Positions 34,556 to 44,577 of a DNA stretch of 64,000 bases are shown here, piece by piece (position 1 is the stretch's first letter; each line of letters opens with the position of its first letter). The stretch lies in the IMG/VR virus record IMGVR_UViG_3300025502_000011. One strand, given 5' to 3'. Position numbers and translations under genes: made by a program. Source of the DNA: a virus. The notes beneath the pieces are model-generated. The model was given only the letters and a program-made list of their open reading frames with translations. It did not search any database and had not been told where the DNA came from.

Positions 34556-35903
34556 AGTCTTTTAACTTGGAAATCATTTCTCGTGCATCACGGTAGTTCA
34601 TAATTGCTTTTCGATTATGCTTGTCTACGTTTATAATTTTAAGCATCACGCATACTTTGAGAAAATCTTTAATTGCTTCTGTAGTCATCTCTAAGCCTAT
34701 TGACTCAACAGCTATCGTAAAATCACTAAACGTGTATAAATTCCCGCCTGGTATAACCTGTCCTTGGATGTAAAGAACACCCAAAAGTCTCATGTACATT
34801 TGAGACGTTTCGTCAAGAGAAGAAATATCAATCGCATCTACATTATTATTTATGTTTTCTAATACAATCAAATGTGAGTCTTCTGGGATATCCGTGTATA
34901 CGGGCTCTTTCTTTTCTTCAGCTATCTCTTCTATCTTTAAAACGTCCGCTTTGGGAATGAAGTCTCCTGTAACGGTTTCTTTATAAACAATCTTATTAGT
35001 TCCTAAAGCAGGTTCGGGCTCAGTTGCTGGTCCAGGTTCTAGAAAAGGTTCGGGCTCAGTTGCTGGTCCAGGTGTTGGAATCTTCTTTAAATCTTCTTCT
35101 TCTTTCCTAACGACCGTCATTTCAACGTTAAAGAAAAGTACGAGCATGATAGCAAATGGGTCAAATATTAAAACAAAAAACCCAAAAAACCCTTTTGTTG
35201 CTGTATCCATCTCCACTCCAAGCATATCCGCAATCATTTTTAACGGAGCTGCTTCACCCTGAGAGAGTTCCCCGCTCATTACAACGATGGAACTGTCGAC
35301 CACTGCGATATTTTCTATCACTAATCCAATCTCATTATTTAGTGAGTCAATGTCGAAGTTAAGTAGAGATATCTCTGTATTTGTTTCTTGTAGAAGGTTT
35401 TTTGCTTCACGTGCACTTCTCCATGCTTGTCTATTTTGAAGTGAGTCCATCCTGTCCTCCTGCTGCTTTCTGAGGCTAGAAAGTCCGTCAGCTCTATTTT
35501 CTTTTCTGTTAATCTGGTCTTCGAATCGAACAACTTTTCCTTTAAGCGATTCTTTTTCTCTTTCTTTAAGTTGAATCTCTTGATTGCCTATTTGAAATTC
35601 AGCACTCGTCTCGGCATAGCCCCCAATTAGTTGGCCAAATATACCTATAGATGTTAAGGCCATTGCTACGATAATTCCAAATATAGCTCCTGCTCTTTGC
35701 AAGATTCCAATTTCATTCCATCGCCTGTGAACAAAAGATGCTATAACCAATTTCCCAACCTCTAGCGCTGCTACTAAAAGTATTGCTGCCGTTCCTGCTC
35801 CAGAGGCGAGTTTTCCCACACCTGTTACAGAGAAGAACGCAGCGCATCCTGCCATAAAAAGGGCTGTCAATGCAATTAGGTATGCTCGTAATCGTCTTTT
35901 CAT
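34554..35903 (-). CDS. Membrane-anchored coiled-coil phage protein
   Basis: N-terminal TM helices with LEVGKLV, a long coiled coil, and F.LIFDPFAI.L. Confidence 0.75.
   Translation of the reverse strand: MKRRLRAYLIALTALFMAGCAAFFSVTGVGKLASGAGTAAILLVAALEVGKLVIASFVHRRWNEIGILQRAGAIFGIIVAMALTSIGIFGQLIGGYAETSAEFQIGNQEIQLKEREKESLKGKVVRFEDQINRKENRADGLSSLRKQQEDRMDSLQNRQAWRSAREAKNLLQETNTEISLLNFDIDSLNNEIGLVIENIAVVDSSIVVMSGELSQGEAAPLKMIADMLGVEMDTATKGFFGFFVLIFDPFAIMLVLFFNVEMTVVRKEEEDLKKIPTPGPATEPEPFLEPGPATEPEPALGTNKIVYKETVTGDFIPKADVLKIEEIAEEKKEPVYTDIPEDSHLIVLENINNNVDAIDISSLDETSQMYMRLLGVLYIQGQVIPGGNLYTFSDFTIAVESIGLEMTTEAIKDFLKVCVMLKIINVDKHNRKAIMNYRDAREMISKLKD
35010..35073. repeat. 28-bp direct repeat (period 36) encoding PGPATEPEP twice
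   Basis: AGGTTCGGGCTCAGTTGCTGGTCCAGGT at 35010 and 35046. Confidence 0.9.
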
Positions 35904-35949
35904 TTATTACAAAGTAACAAAATTATAGTTTAAAGCAAAGATATAATAA

Positions 35950-36384
35950 TTACTTTTCTCCTGGCTCAAGGTCAGTGTGTATGTTATCGCCAATGTTGTT
36001 TTTATTTTTAAAGACTTTGATTTTTAAATCAATGAAATTTTTTGACTTTCCTATCGCGTGTTCATTGGGACGCAAATCTTTCAAGTGACGTCGAGTCCAG
36101 ATATTAATTTCCCCATCTGGAAGGTAATAGTCTTCATAGTTGTAGTACCACAAGCCTGTTCTACTGTCGTGAAGGTATAGAGGGTGTTGTTCTCCATAAG
36201 AATAGGCTACATACATTTGCCCAAGCTCGCCTAAATCTTCCCCATAAGTGTGTGACCCAACAAAATTCTCTTGTCTATTTATAAAATCTGCTGCTTCTTT
36301 ATTTGTAATTCTTTCTTCATCAAGCTGCTCTTCATCAATGAACTGCTGCAAGGACTCGCGTATTGTTTTCAGTAACCTTTTCAT
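35950..36384 (-). CDS. Hypothetical protein with a head-targeting-type leader
   Basis: MKRLLKTIRESLQQFIDEEQLDE. Confidence 0.65.
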   Translation of the reverse strand: MKRLLKTIRESLQQFIDEEQLDEERITNKEAADFINRQENFVGSHTYGEDLGELGQMYVAYSYGEQHPLYLHDSRTGLWYYNYEDYYLPDGEINIWTRRHLKDLRPNEHAIGKSKNFIDLKIKVFKNKNNIGDNIHTDLEPGEK

Positions 36385-36483
36385 GAACAGTATCTTTTAG
36401 ATGTAAATAGGTGATTATTTAAGAATGGAAACCTTTGATTGACTCTTACGTATCTTTTATAAAACTACAATAACAACACTGAC

Positions 36484-37257
36484 ATGAGGATAAAGCATTT
36501 ATTCATTATTTTGACTGCCTTGTTAAGTTTTACAATTTTTGCCTTCAACAACCCTAGAGAAGTTGACGCCGATTTTTTTAAACACAGCTCAAGCGTGTCT
36601 GTTTTGGGGGCTCTAGTTCTATCAATGGAAGAAGCTAGATTTGACAAGCGAAAAGACTCTATTTACTCAAACTTGTTAGTTTACAATAAAGACGCTGTAA
36701 AGACCACGGCAATAAACATTTTAAATGCCATCGAAGCATTCCATTTAGATGAGACTAAGCAAATGTATGAGTATTCTCTTTTTCAACTCTTATATGAATC
36801 TAGAGGAATACATATGAATGGCGGCTCTTTATTGAAATCATCCGCAGGCGCTCTGGGGATTTGTCAAATAAAATCTACTACAGCATTTCATTATTTAAAA
36901 CTAGTAATGGGCGAGGATGACATGGATTTTCTAAGCAGTCTTGGTGCCACCCCTATTTCATTTACAGTAAATGATAAAGTCTCAAAAGTAGTTAATGGCG
37001 ATGGTAAAGCTATTTGGATTACTCCTGTAAAAACTAAGAAAAAAGTTGCTAAATGGATGGAGAATGAAAAAAACTCTACTCTCTTGTGGGGTTTTATAAT
37101 GAGGCGTAACACCGACAAATACGGTCACATAAATGCGCTCGTTATTTATAACACTGGAAAAGGTACTTGGGGTAAGCTTAGAAAGTCTGGATTCAATATG
37201 AATTCCCATTCTTATCTTCGAGGGATTCGAAAAGTGGAAAAAGTATTAAACAACTAA
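36484..37257 (+). CDS. Lytic transglycosylase (SLT) with a signal peptide
   Basis: ESRG, SSAGALGICQI.S.TA, ALVIYNTG motifs. Confidence 0.8.
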   Translation: MRIKHLFIILTALLSFTIFAFNNPREVDADFFKHSSSVSVLGALVLSMEEARFDKRKDSIYSNLLVYNKDAVKTTAINILNAIEAFHLDETKQMYEYSLFQLLYESRGIHMNGGSLLKSSAGALGICQIKSTTAFHYLKLVMGEDDMDFLSSLGATPISFTVNDKVSKVVNGDGKAIWITPVKTKKKVAKWMENEKNSTLLWGFIMRRNTDKYGHINALVIYNTGKGTWGKLRKSGFNMNSHSYLRGIRKVEKVLNN

Positions 37258-37323
37258 AGAATATTCAACCTTTTGTCGTGAACAACCTATCTGATGAATG
37301 GGTTTTTCGCTTGGTCATATAAA

Positions 37324-37358
37324 AAAAGCGGTTGATGAATAATTCATCAACCGCTTTT
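37324..37358. terminator. Bidirectional terminator hairpin
   Basis: AAAAGCGGTTGATGAAT/ATTCATCAACCGCTTTT between convergent genes. Confidence 0.8.
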
Positions 37359-37386
37359 TAACATGTAATTTCAGCAGAGACTTCCT

Positions 37387-37959
37387 TTAGAAAGGAAGGT
37401 CGTCACTTGATTCGTTAAAATCATTTTGAGTAAAAGACTGACCTTGTGGTTGACCTTGTGGTTGACCTTGTGGTTGACCTTGTGGTTGACCTTGTGGTTG
37501 ACCTTGTGGTTGACCTTGTGGTTGACCTTGTGGCTGACCCTGTGGCTGACCTTGTCCCGCATACTCGTTTACGTTTTGCTGCGCCTGACCTTGATTGCTT
37601 GATTGCTCACGCTGATTAGGGAGAAGCGTTAGCTTCCTAGCATGTACATAAGCTTTTTCTTTTTTCTGGCCAGATTCTTTATCTACCCAGCTGTTGTAGC
37701 GAAGTTCTCCTTCTATTAGTAAGGAGTTTCCTTTTTTTGTGAAGTTTTTCACCACATCCGCTTGAGCACCCCACACCTCTATAGTATGCCAGTGCGAATC
37801 CTGTTGCTTGTTTCCACTCGCGTCCATGTAAGTGCGGTTTGTCACCATGTTTATTAAAGCTTTTGGCGTAGTCTTGCCTGAGGCTTTTGAAGTAATCTGG
37901 CTATACTCTGGGTCACTACCTAAAGTTCCGCAAAGAGTTACACTGTTAAATCCGTCCAT
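37387..37959 (-). CDS. ssb: Single-stranded DNA-binding protein
   Basis: NSVTLCGTLGSDPE, WHTIEVWG, KKG..L.IEGELRYNSW, DDLPF tail. Confidence 0.93.
   Translation of the reverse strand: MDGFNSVTLCGTLGSDPEYSQITSKASGKTTPKALINMVTNRTYMDASGNKQQDSHWHTIEVWGAQADVVKNFTKKGNSLLIEGELRYNSWVDKESGQKKEKAYVHARKLTLLPNQREQSSNQGQAQQNVNEYAGQGQPQGQPQGQPQGQPQGQPQGQPQGQPQGQPQGQPQGQSFTQNDFNESSDDLPF
37441..37548. repeat. 12-bp tandem repeat x9 encoding (QPQG)n in the SSB linker
   Basis: ACCTTGTGGTTG x7 plus 2 variant units. Confidence 0.95.
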
Positions 37960-38161
37960 TTTGTTGTTTTTTGTTGTGTTTTTGTGAAGCCAAACATTAG
38001 CCTCCTGTCCAATTGTAAATTTATAATTTATCTTTATAATTATAATACATTTAGCAAGTATTTTAAAGGTTTTTTTAAACATTTGTTTAACTTTTTTTAT
38101 ATCAGACAAGATATAGGTGAAAAAGGGCTTTTTAGGCTTATTTATGTGAAAGCATAATCAA

Positions 38162-39667
38162 ATGAGTAAGAAGAAAATCTTTAGTCTGGTCGAGAACTTT
38201 GTAAAGGCCTTTGAGAAAAAATACAGTTTGATTTCAGAAGCCGACGAAGAGGCTCCGAAATCGGCTAGCCCTGAAGCTAGAGAAATGCGCAAACAAGTTA
38301 TCAACGCCTTGATAGCTCCTCAGCCTAATAGGGAAGGGAAAGTAAAACCTCCAGCTACCGCTCAGAAGGCGGAGGAAATGGCTAAGGCAATAGTTTCTAG
38401 GGGAGCTGCTGCACGAACCATGATTAAAGGAAAGAGTAGTTACATAAATTACCAAACAACAATTGGAGATGCTAATAAAGGAGATTTAGGGGCTTCTGCA
38501 GAGTCTCAAACATTGGATTTGGTAATTGAGCTTCTAGTCCAAGCATATAATACTCCGCTAGGTGAGGAAGGGCCACTTAGCCTTTCTGCTGTGACTCCTG
38601 AGATGAAGAGAAACATTATAGATGGACTTCGTTTTATATTTTTTCCTCTTGATGCTGCTGGGAACCCGACGCCTTTCTTTTTCTGGACATGGTATGGGCC
38701 TCAGGTTGGGATGAGTGTTCAGCTTTATAAGCCGCGAAAAGTAAATCCTGACACAGGGCAAGATTACGTAAACAAAGAGGCTATGGTCGAATATTCTCTT
38801 GAAGCTTATGATTACATTGCTTCATACACCATTCCTACGGCTTTAGCGAGAGAAGTAGCTAGTTCTGGCGAAAAGACATCGAGTTACATAATTGGCTCCA
38901 CTAGAAATAGAATTAGCAAGATTATGTCTAATGATTCAAAGTTTGGTGACGTTGGTTTTGGTGGGACTAAGGGTCAGAGGCAAGATAGAAGCGGCACACC
39001 AAGAGGGCGGTCAATGAATATAAGTACTGATGTAGACAAGGATTATGAAAAACTCCAAGGAGACGATGAAGCTTATTTTGACATCTCTAAATACGGTGAC
39101 TTAGGTGCGAGTGCTGCTCAAGACATAGAAGCGGCTCTTTACGCTCTAGGCGGAACAAAGCCACCAATGCACCAAAAGCAAATGTATTCAGCCGTAATCT
39201 CTAACAATGAGAAATTTGACAGCTTGAAAAGCTTTGCTGAATGGATGGTTGATAATGTGTCTCAATATCCAGCTATCTCTGAGTACTTCGGAAACTGGCC
39301 TGGAGAAGACTCTAAGTTCTATGTGAAAAAGACAATGAACGAAATTGCATCACTGTTTAAAAGTGGTAAGTTCCTAAAAGTTCGACAAGAAGTTTTTGAT
39401 GAAAAGTATGCAAAAATAATCAATAAAAACCCAGAGTTAGGGGCGAGTTTTGCTGGCGACTTCTTTGGACTCGACGCAAATGCAGACGATAGCTCTAAAA
39501 CAATGGGTGGATACGACCCTGTCTCAGGAAAAGAGTGGGGAGCAGTTGGAGACGACGGCGAACGTTATGCTCAAGTTGATGACCCAGACGCTTTCTACGC
39601 AAATCTTGAAGAGGCTGTGAACTTTAGATTGTTTGAATTAGCTTTGAACCGCGCTCTACTAATCTAA
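38162..39667 (+). CDS. Hypothetical protein, probably virion-associated
   Basis: 501 aa; TATTTAT motif upstream; leader ends LISE. Confidence 0.65.
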   Translation: MSKKKIFSLVENFVKAFEKKYSLISEADEEAPKSASPEAREMRKQVINALIAPQPNREGKVKPPATAQKAEEMAKAIVSRGAAARTMIKGKSSYINYQTTIGDANKGDLGASAESQTLDLVIELLVQAYNTPLGEEGPLSLSAVTPEMKRNIIDGLRFIFFPLDAAGNPTPFFFWTWYGPQVGMSVQLYKPRKVNPDTGQDYVNKEAMVEYSLEAYDYIASYTIPTALAREVASSGEKTSSYIIGSTRNRISKIMSNDSKFGDVGFGGTKGQRQDRSGTPRGRSMNISTDVDKDYEKLQGDDEAYFDISKYGDLGASAAQDIEAALYALGGTKPPMHQKQMYSAVISNNEKFDSLKSFAEWMVDNVSQYPAISEYFGNWPGEDSKFYVKKTMNEIASLFKSGKFLKVRQEVFDEKYAKIINKNPELGASFAGDFFGLDANADDSSKTMGGYDPVSGKEWGAVGDDGERYAQVDDPDAFYANLEEAVNFRLFELALNRALLI

Positions 39668-39937
39668 TAAAATTTCTATCTCTCTCAAAAAATTCTCAAA
39701 CTCGGAAGGGTTTGGGAATTTTTGCTTTAGAGAGATTGCTAATTTGCCCCAATCGTCGTCCCACATCGTTGTGTTGTTCGATTTAGTTACTCCATTTTCT
39801 CTAAGGAAAGCATTTCCCGCAGTTACTATTGAAGCAACTTCATTCGTTTTAAACCAGTTCTTAACGATTGCTCTTGTGATGTCTTCCTCTGTTATCTCAA
39901 CATCAACATTGATGCTCTTTTTTACGTACAATGCCAT
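39659..39937 (-). CDS. Hypothetical protein
   Basis: 92-aa ORF. Confidence 0.6.
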   Translation of the reverse strand: MALYVKKSINVDVEITEEDITRAIVKNWFKTNEVASIVTAGNAFLRENGVTKSNNTTMWDDDWGKLAISLKQKFPNPSEFENFLREIEILLD

Positions 39938-40025
39938 TATAATTTGATTATTGTGTTATAGCAAAACTATAAAAAAAAAAGGGTTGACATCGCACCGCCA
40001 ACCCTTCCTTTTCAGACTAATGCTC

Positions 40026-40283
40026 TTAAAGAGCCTTTACCACTACGGTATCAAAGTCGTTGGATTCTACTTTTACAATAGTTCCAGCGTCAGTGATTTT
40101 ATATATAAGTCCTTTTGTGTCAAAAAACAGCTTATCATAGTTCATTGTTGCAGAGTGCTCTATAACTAGACCAGTTTTTTTGTTTCTTATCATAATTCGG
40201 GGCTTGACATCTGTTGCCAAATAGGATTCAAAAATCTTATTTGCGTCCGAATGAAATGATTCATTTTGTACTTGCTCTTGCAT
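40026..40283 (-). CDS. Hypothetical protein
   Basis: 85-aa ORF. Confidence 0.6.
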   Translation of the reverse strand: MQEQVQNESFHSDANKIFESYLATDVKPRIMIRNKKTGLVIEHSATMNYDKLFFDTKGLIYKITDAGTIVKVESNDFDTVVVKAL

Positions 40284-40296
40284 GGGACAAATATAA

Positions 40297-40752
40297 TCAC
40301 CTATTCTTGAAAAATCTAATTAAGTTCTCTACAATTCGGACATCGTTTTCAAAAAACTCAGCCAAATCGTCTAACATGTTTTCTGGAAGGTCGTCTAGTT
40401 TAAACCAGCCCCAACCAGAAGCTTCTTTTTCAGTTTCGATATCTGGAATCCATTCTGCATCAAACAAACCAGCATAAATGTAATATTTAAAATGATTAGT
40501 GTTTATGATATCGATTGGTCTATTTGATATTTTATAGTCGATTTTGCATCTAGTCTCTTCCCAAAACTCTCTTTTGGCACAGTCCTTTGGAGTTTTATCT
40601 TGACCTTCCTCGAATCCTCCTCCCCAGGTTGCCCATTCAAGCGGATTGCTTTGGTGCTCGCCACGTTTACATAGCAAGACTCGTCCTGTTGTGTAACATA
40701 TAGGAAGGATTCCTGCTCCAATTAGTTTGTGCTTTAGTTCGTGCTCTTTCAT
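40297..40752 (-). CDS. NUDIX hydrolase
   Basis: GGGFEEGQDKTPKDCAKREFWEET Nudix box. Confidence 0.88.
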   Translation of the reverse strand: MKEHELKHKLIGAGILPICYTTGRVLLCKRGEHQSNPLEWATWGGGFEEGQDKTPKDCAKREFWEETRCKIDYKISNRPIDIINTNHFKYYIYAGLFDAEWIPDIETEKEASGWGWFKLDDLPENMLDDLAEFFENDVRIVENLIRFFKNR

Positions 40753-41049
40753 TACTAATAAATAGAGTTCTTTCTTTGTTTGTTCCATGTCTCCATAACT
40801 AAGATTGGAACCGCAATAAACAAGAAGAAAGCCGATGTGAATAAGAAGACGGTTGGAATTATTAAACAATAAACAACTAAGAGCGCAAAGGTGTTTCGTA
40901 ACATGAAATAGTGCTTTGTTATAGGTAGTCTGAAATATTATGACTAATGTTTATGTTGTTAGCGGTTTCTAAAAATTTGTAGTGCTTTTCTGTCAAAGAC
41001 ATAAAAAAATTAATGTCATGAAAACTGTGCCACGTGGTTGCTTTTTTTT

Positions 41050-42513
41050 TCACATGATTCCCCATAACATATAAAAAAGCTTGTGCTTAGCTCTTGTTAC
41101 TGCGACATAATGAATATTCTGTGCCTCTCTGTCTTTGGCATCATAATTGAAACTTACTTTCTTGAGCTCTTTTTTTGGAAGGACGAAGCCATTGTCTATT
41201 AATATCTCTGGTGCACATGAGTTAACCACTACTACGTCTTCAAACTCTCTTCCTTTTGATTTATGAATGGTAGTAATAAATTTTTTAGAATCTTCGTTGA
41301 TTTTTATGAACGCTATAAGCTCTTGTGGAGAGTCAAAGTGACTTTGCATATCTTTCACTTTTCTATCTAAAACAGGATTTGATTTGTTTTTTTTCATATC
41401 ATCCAAATCTTTTTTTGTGAGATAATTTTCATACCTCATTGGGTACCTTTCCACCAGTAGCTTCTTTTCTAATTGTCGAATCACTGCGTTAGTTCGAACC
41501 AGGACGGCGCACTCTCTTGAATTATCAAGAATTGTTATCAATTCTTGAGTGCTAGTTCTAATGATGTAATCCACTTCTCCAGGCATTGGGGAATTGGGCT
41601 GTGCTTCTAATTCTGAATACGAGTTTGAATTATTAACGATTTCAATGTCACTTCTAAAGTTAACTGTCAGCGTCATTTCTTTTGATTTGCGCCTATCTGA
41701 GAGCATTTTAATCAATCGATTCGCGTTTGCTCCAGAGTATCCGTATATTGACTGAAATATGTCTCCAATTAAGTAGTAGTATCGAGCGTTTAAAGATAAA
41801 AGAACCCTTAACTGCAAGGCAGATGTGTCTTGGAACTCGTCCACAAAAATATAATCATACTTACCTTTGAACATTTTAAGCCATTTATCATCCTTGAAAA
41901 GTTTATCAACCTCTATCAACATGTCTGAGAAATCGCGAGCGTAAGTTTCTCTCTGAAACCTTTCGTACTCCAAGAGAAAGTTTGGAAAAGCAGACTTTTC
42001 ACCTTCGGCCTGCATAAGCTTGTAGGCAGCTATTTTAGACGAAATAACATCTGCACTGGTGTACATTTCACTGATATTTGTGTAAAACTCTTCTTTCTCT
42101 TCCGACGATGCGTGTCTTGGTGGAGAAAATTGTTCTTTATACCATTTGACAAAGTCAAACCAGCTTGTTACATCTTTCCATTTGCCAGCCTTATTAAGGA
42201 TATGGAAGCAGAATGAGTGAATTGTTGTTATTTTAATTTGGTCATTTCCAATTCTCGATTTTAATTCTTCGGTCGCAGCCTTTGTAAAAGAGAAAAAGAT
42301 AATTCTAGATGGGTCAACCCCGCGTCTAATTAAATTTTTTAGTCGTTCAACACAGGAAAAAGTTTTACCGCTTCCTGCAACTGCAGATAAGACAATAGAC
42401 TCTTTTCCTTTGAACTCAATAAATGTCCTTTGCTCTTCTGTAAGTTGTCTGTCGTGAATCTCGTCGAAAATGTCAATTTGGCTAAGGTCTCTTCCTTTTT
42501 GCTTTTTTGCCAT
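41050..42513 (-). CDS. UvrD/Rep-like SF1 helicase
   Basis: AVAGSGKT, FSFTKAAT, TIHSFC, VDEFQD, GDIFQSIYG, TIHKSKGREF, YVAVTRAK. Confidence 0.92.
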   Translation of the reverse strand: MAKKQKGRDLSQIDIFDEIHDRQLTEEQRTFIEFKGKESIVLSAVAGSGKTFSCVERLKNLIRRGVDPSRIIFFSFTKAATEELKSRIGNDQIKITTIHSFCFHILNKAGKWKDVTSWFDFVKWYKEQFSPPRHASSEEKEEFYTNISEMYTSADVISSKIAAYKLMQAEGEKSAFPNFLLEYERFQRETYARDFSDMLIEVDKLFKDDKWLKMFKGKYDYIFVDEFQDTSALQLRVLLSLNARYYYLIGDIFQSIYGYSGANANRLIKMLSDRRKSKEMTLTVNFRSDIEIVNNSNSYSELEAQPNSPMPGEVDYIIRTSTQELITILDNSRECAVLVRTNAVIRQLEKKLLVERYPMRYENYLTKKDLDDMKKNKSNPVLDRKVKDMQSHFDSPQELIAFIKINEDSKKFITTIHKSKGREFEDVVVVNSCAPEILIDNGFVLPKKELKKVSFNYDAKDREAQNIHYVAVTRAKHKLFYMLWGIM

Positions 42514-42524
42514 TCTCTAGTTTG

Positions 42525-43355
42525 TTATTGAGGTTGAGGAGTGTTCATTTTTTTAATGAAACTCTCAATGATGTTTTTTGTGTCTCTAGGAGTTTTTTCT
42601 GAATTTATCATCCACGTGATATACCCCATATCTGTTGTAACGATTTCATCCAATGGTCTTCCTTTATACTTTCCAAAGTTCAGGTTGATTTTTCCGCTGT
42701 CGTCTTTTACAAGCTGCCCTTTCATATCAACTGCGCCTTTTCCTTTTCCGAATGTCTCAGAAATAGATGATGTGTTGTTGTTGAATGACTTTTCAACTCC
42801 GTTTTTGTCTGTAATTATTTGACCTTGATGTTTATCAATCATCCCATTAAGGATTTTGACATAGTTCACGGTGTGGGCCTCGCTACCAATCGGAGCTCCT
42901 CTCATGAAATCTTGATTCGCAAATTGCGCTGATGCCTGGATGAAGTCTCTTGGAGATATCTGGTGATACATAGACTGTAGGTCTACGATGTTTCGGTCTG
43001 AACAAGAAAACGCAAGGCCTGCTCTTGCAAACTCTTCCATTAAAAAGTTGAGGTCGAATTCAACATTGAACCCCGCGATGTCTGCATCGCCAATAAAGCG
43101 GTGAAGATTTTGAGCTATGCTGAAAAATGTGGGTTGACTGCTCACTATATCATCGGTGATGCCGTTCCTACTTGATGCCTCCTCTGGGATGGGCATTTCG
43201 GGGTTAATTAGTCTTGTCCCTGTCTTTTGTGTGCCGTCTGGGTTGTATCGAGTGATTGTGAGTTGTACAATCCTATCCAAATTCGGCTTTAACCCTGTCG
43301 TATGCGCCTTAATGAATACGATGGACTTTGTGAGCTGTAAATTCAATGTATCCAT
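42525..43355 (-). CDS. DnaQ/epsilon-like exonuclease homolog with substituted catalytic residues
   Basis: Fold motifs (TTGL, DRIV, INPEMPIP, GIT, FD..FL, NFGKYKG) are intact, but ExoI reads FIKAHTTG. Confidence 0.75.
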   Translation of the reverse strand: MDTLNLQLTKSIVFIKAHTTGLKPNLDRIVQLTITRYNPDGTQKTGTRLINPEMPIPEEASSRNGITDDIVSSQPTFFSIAQNLHRFIGDADIAGFNVEFDLNFLMEEFARAGLAFSCSDRNIVDLQSMYHQISPRDFIQASAQFANQDFMRGAPIGSEAHTVNYVKILNGMIDKHQGQIITDKNGVEKSFNNNTSSISETFGKGKGAVDMKGQLVKDDSGKINLNFGKYKGRPLDEIVTTDMGYITWMINSEKTPRDTKNIIESFIKKMNTPQPQ

Positions 43356-43397
43356 GATTTTTGTATTTATAATCCAAAAGTATAACTTTTTTTGGAA

Positions 43398-43673
43398 TTA
43401 TAACCATGATTCTTCAATCATTTTTCTCCTCGCTTCTAAATCAAGAGGACTCCATAATTCAACTGTTTCTTCTTGAAAATCAACCTCTTCATCCTTTGCC
43501 CAAAACCATCGAACCTGACTCACATTCTCTACAGTGTTGTATAGAAAGTGCCCGTCCTCCTCCACGGAGCTTTTAATCAAAAGCTCCCCATTAGGGATGC
43601 AATTCCCATTTGAAAATATTTTAACCTCTTTAAGTCGATAATAAGCTACCTGTGTTTCAACACACTTACTCAC
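43398..43673 (-). CDS. Hypothetical protein
   Basis: 91-aa ORF. Confidence 0.55.
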   Translation of the reverse strand: MSKCVETQVAYYRLKEVKIFSNGNCIPNGELLIKSSVEEDGHFLYNTVENVSQVRWFWAKDEEVDFQEETVELWSPLDLEARRKMIEESWL

Positions 43674-44547
43674 CGCTTCCTAGGTTTGTATTCAAAAACT
43701 CTTTTAGGGCAGAACTTTTTTCAAAAACCCTAAGCCTTCTAAGTGTGTCTTCTTTTATTTGTCTAACTCTCTCGTTGGTTAATTCTAATCTCTCAGCGAT
43801 GTCGCGAAGAGTCGTAGCCTCTTCATTGTTTAATCCGAAATACATGTTTAATATAACCTTTTCTCTTTCAGTTAAATTGTCAAACAACTCGTTTAACTCA
43901 TCTTTCAATGCCTGGTGATTCATATCTTGTTCAAACCGTTGATAAGAGTCTCCAATTAAAAAGTCTTTTACCTCTGTTTGTGAGTCAGATTTTATCTGGT
44001 CATCAATAGAAACTTCGAAGTTTCCATTGATGTTAAAGCTTTTAATATCGCTTTCTGTAATTTCATCTATCTCGGCTAAGATTTCTTCATCAGAAGGCTC
44101 TCGACCTAAACGTTGGTAAAGCTTTTCTTTTGTTTTTACAATCTTGTTGATGGAGTTGATTCGATTTACAGGGAGCCTGATGTTCCCAGAGTGGTCGTTT
44201 ACCGCTTTTATAAGTGCGTGGCGAATCCACCATACGGCGTAGGAAATAAACTTAAAACCCTTTGTCTCATCAAACCTGCTAACAGCTTCCATAAGGCCGA
44301 TATTACCCTCTGAAATTAAATCCTCCAGAGGAAGTCCGCTGTATAGATATTCTTTTGCCACAGAAATAACAAATCTCAAATTAGTCTTTGTTAAGTCATG
44401 AAATGCTTTCTCGTCTCCAGCCTTAGCCTTGACAGCCAGTTTAACTTGGTCATCCCCACTAAGGACTTCTATCTTTTTAATGTCTTTGTAATAGCTTTTT
44501 ACGGAAACTGATTCCTTATAATAGCTACTTTCTCTTTCTTTTTGCAT
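43666..44547 (-). CDS. Sigma-70 family RNA polymerase sigma factor
   Basis: NLRFVISVAK, DLISEGNIGL..AV.RFD, FISYAVWWIR, TLRDIAERLELTNERVRQI. Confidence 0.93.
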   Translation of the reverse strand: MQKERESSYYKESVSVKSYYKDIKKIEVLSGDDQVKLAVKAKAGDEKAFHDLTKTNLRFVISVAKEYLYSGLPLEDLISEGNIGLMEAVSRFDETKGFKFISYAVWWIRHALIKAVNDHSGNIRLPVNRINSINKIVKTKEKLYQRLGREPSDEEILAEIDEITESDIKSFNINGNFEVSIDDQIKSDSQTEVKDFLIGDSYQRFEQDMNHQALKDELNELFDNLTEREKVILNMYFGLNNEEATTLRDIAERLELTNERVRQIKEDTLRRLRVFEKSSALKEFLNTNLGSGE

Positions 44548-44577
44548 CGCCGCGAAGTTTGGTAAACACTATAAATC

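Noticed and set aside
8409-38109. Long N-terminal extensions in the ORF track (6792..8501, 11063..11320, 11323..12006, 12102..12683, 20602..22194, 37387..38109)
   Set aside because: The extensions run through cassette sites or intergenic DNA; downstream ATGs give family-typical N-termini.
40905-40960. attC-like half sites TTGTTATAGGTAGT and TTGTTAGCGGTT
   Set aside because: No complementary left cores or inner palindrome were found nearby; probably chance or fully decayed.
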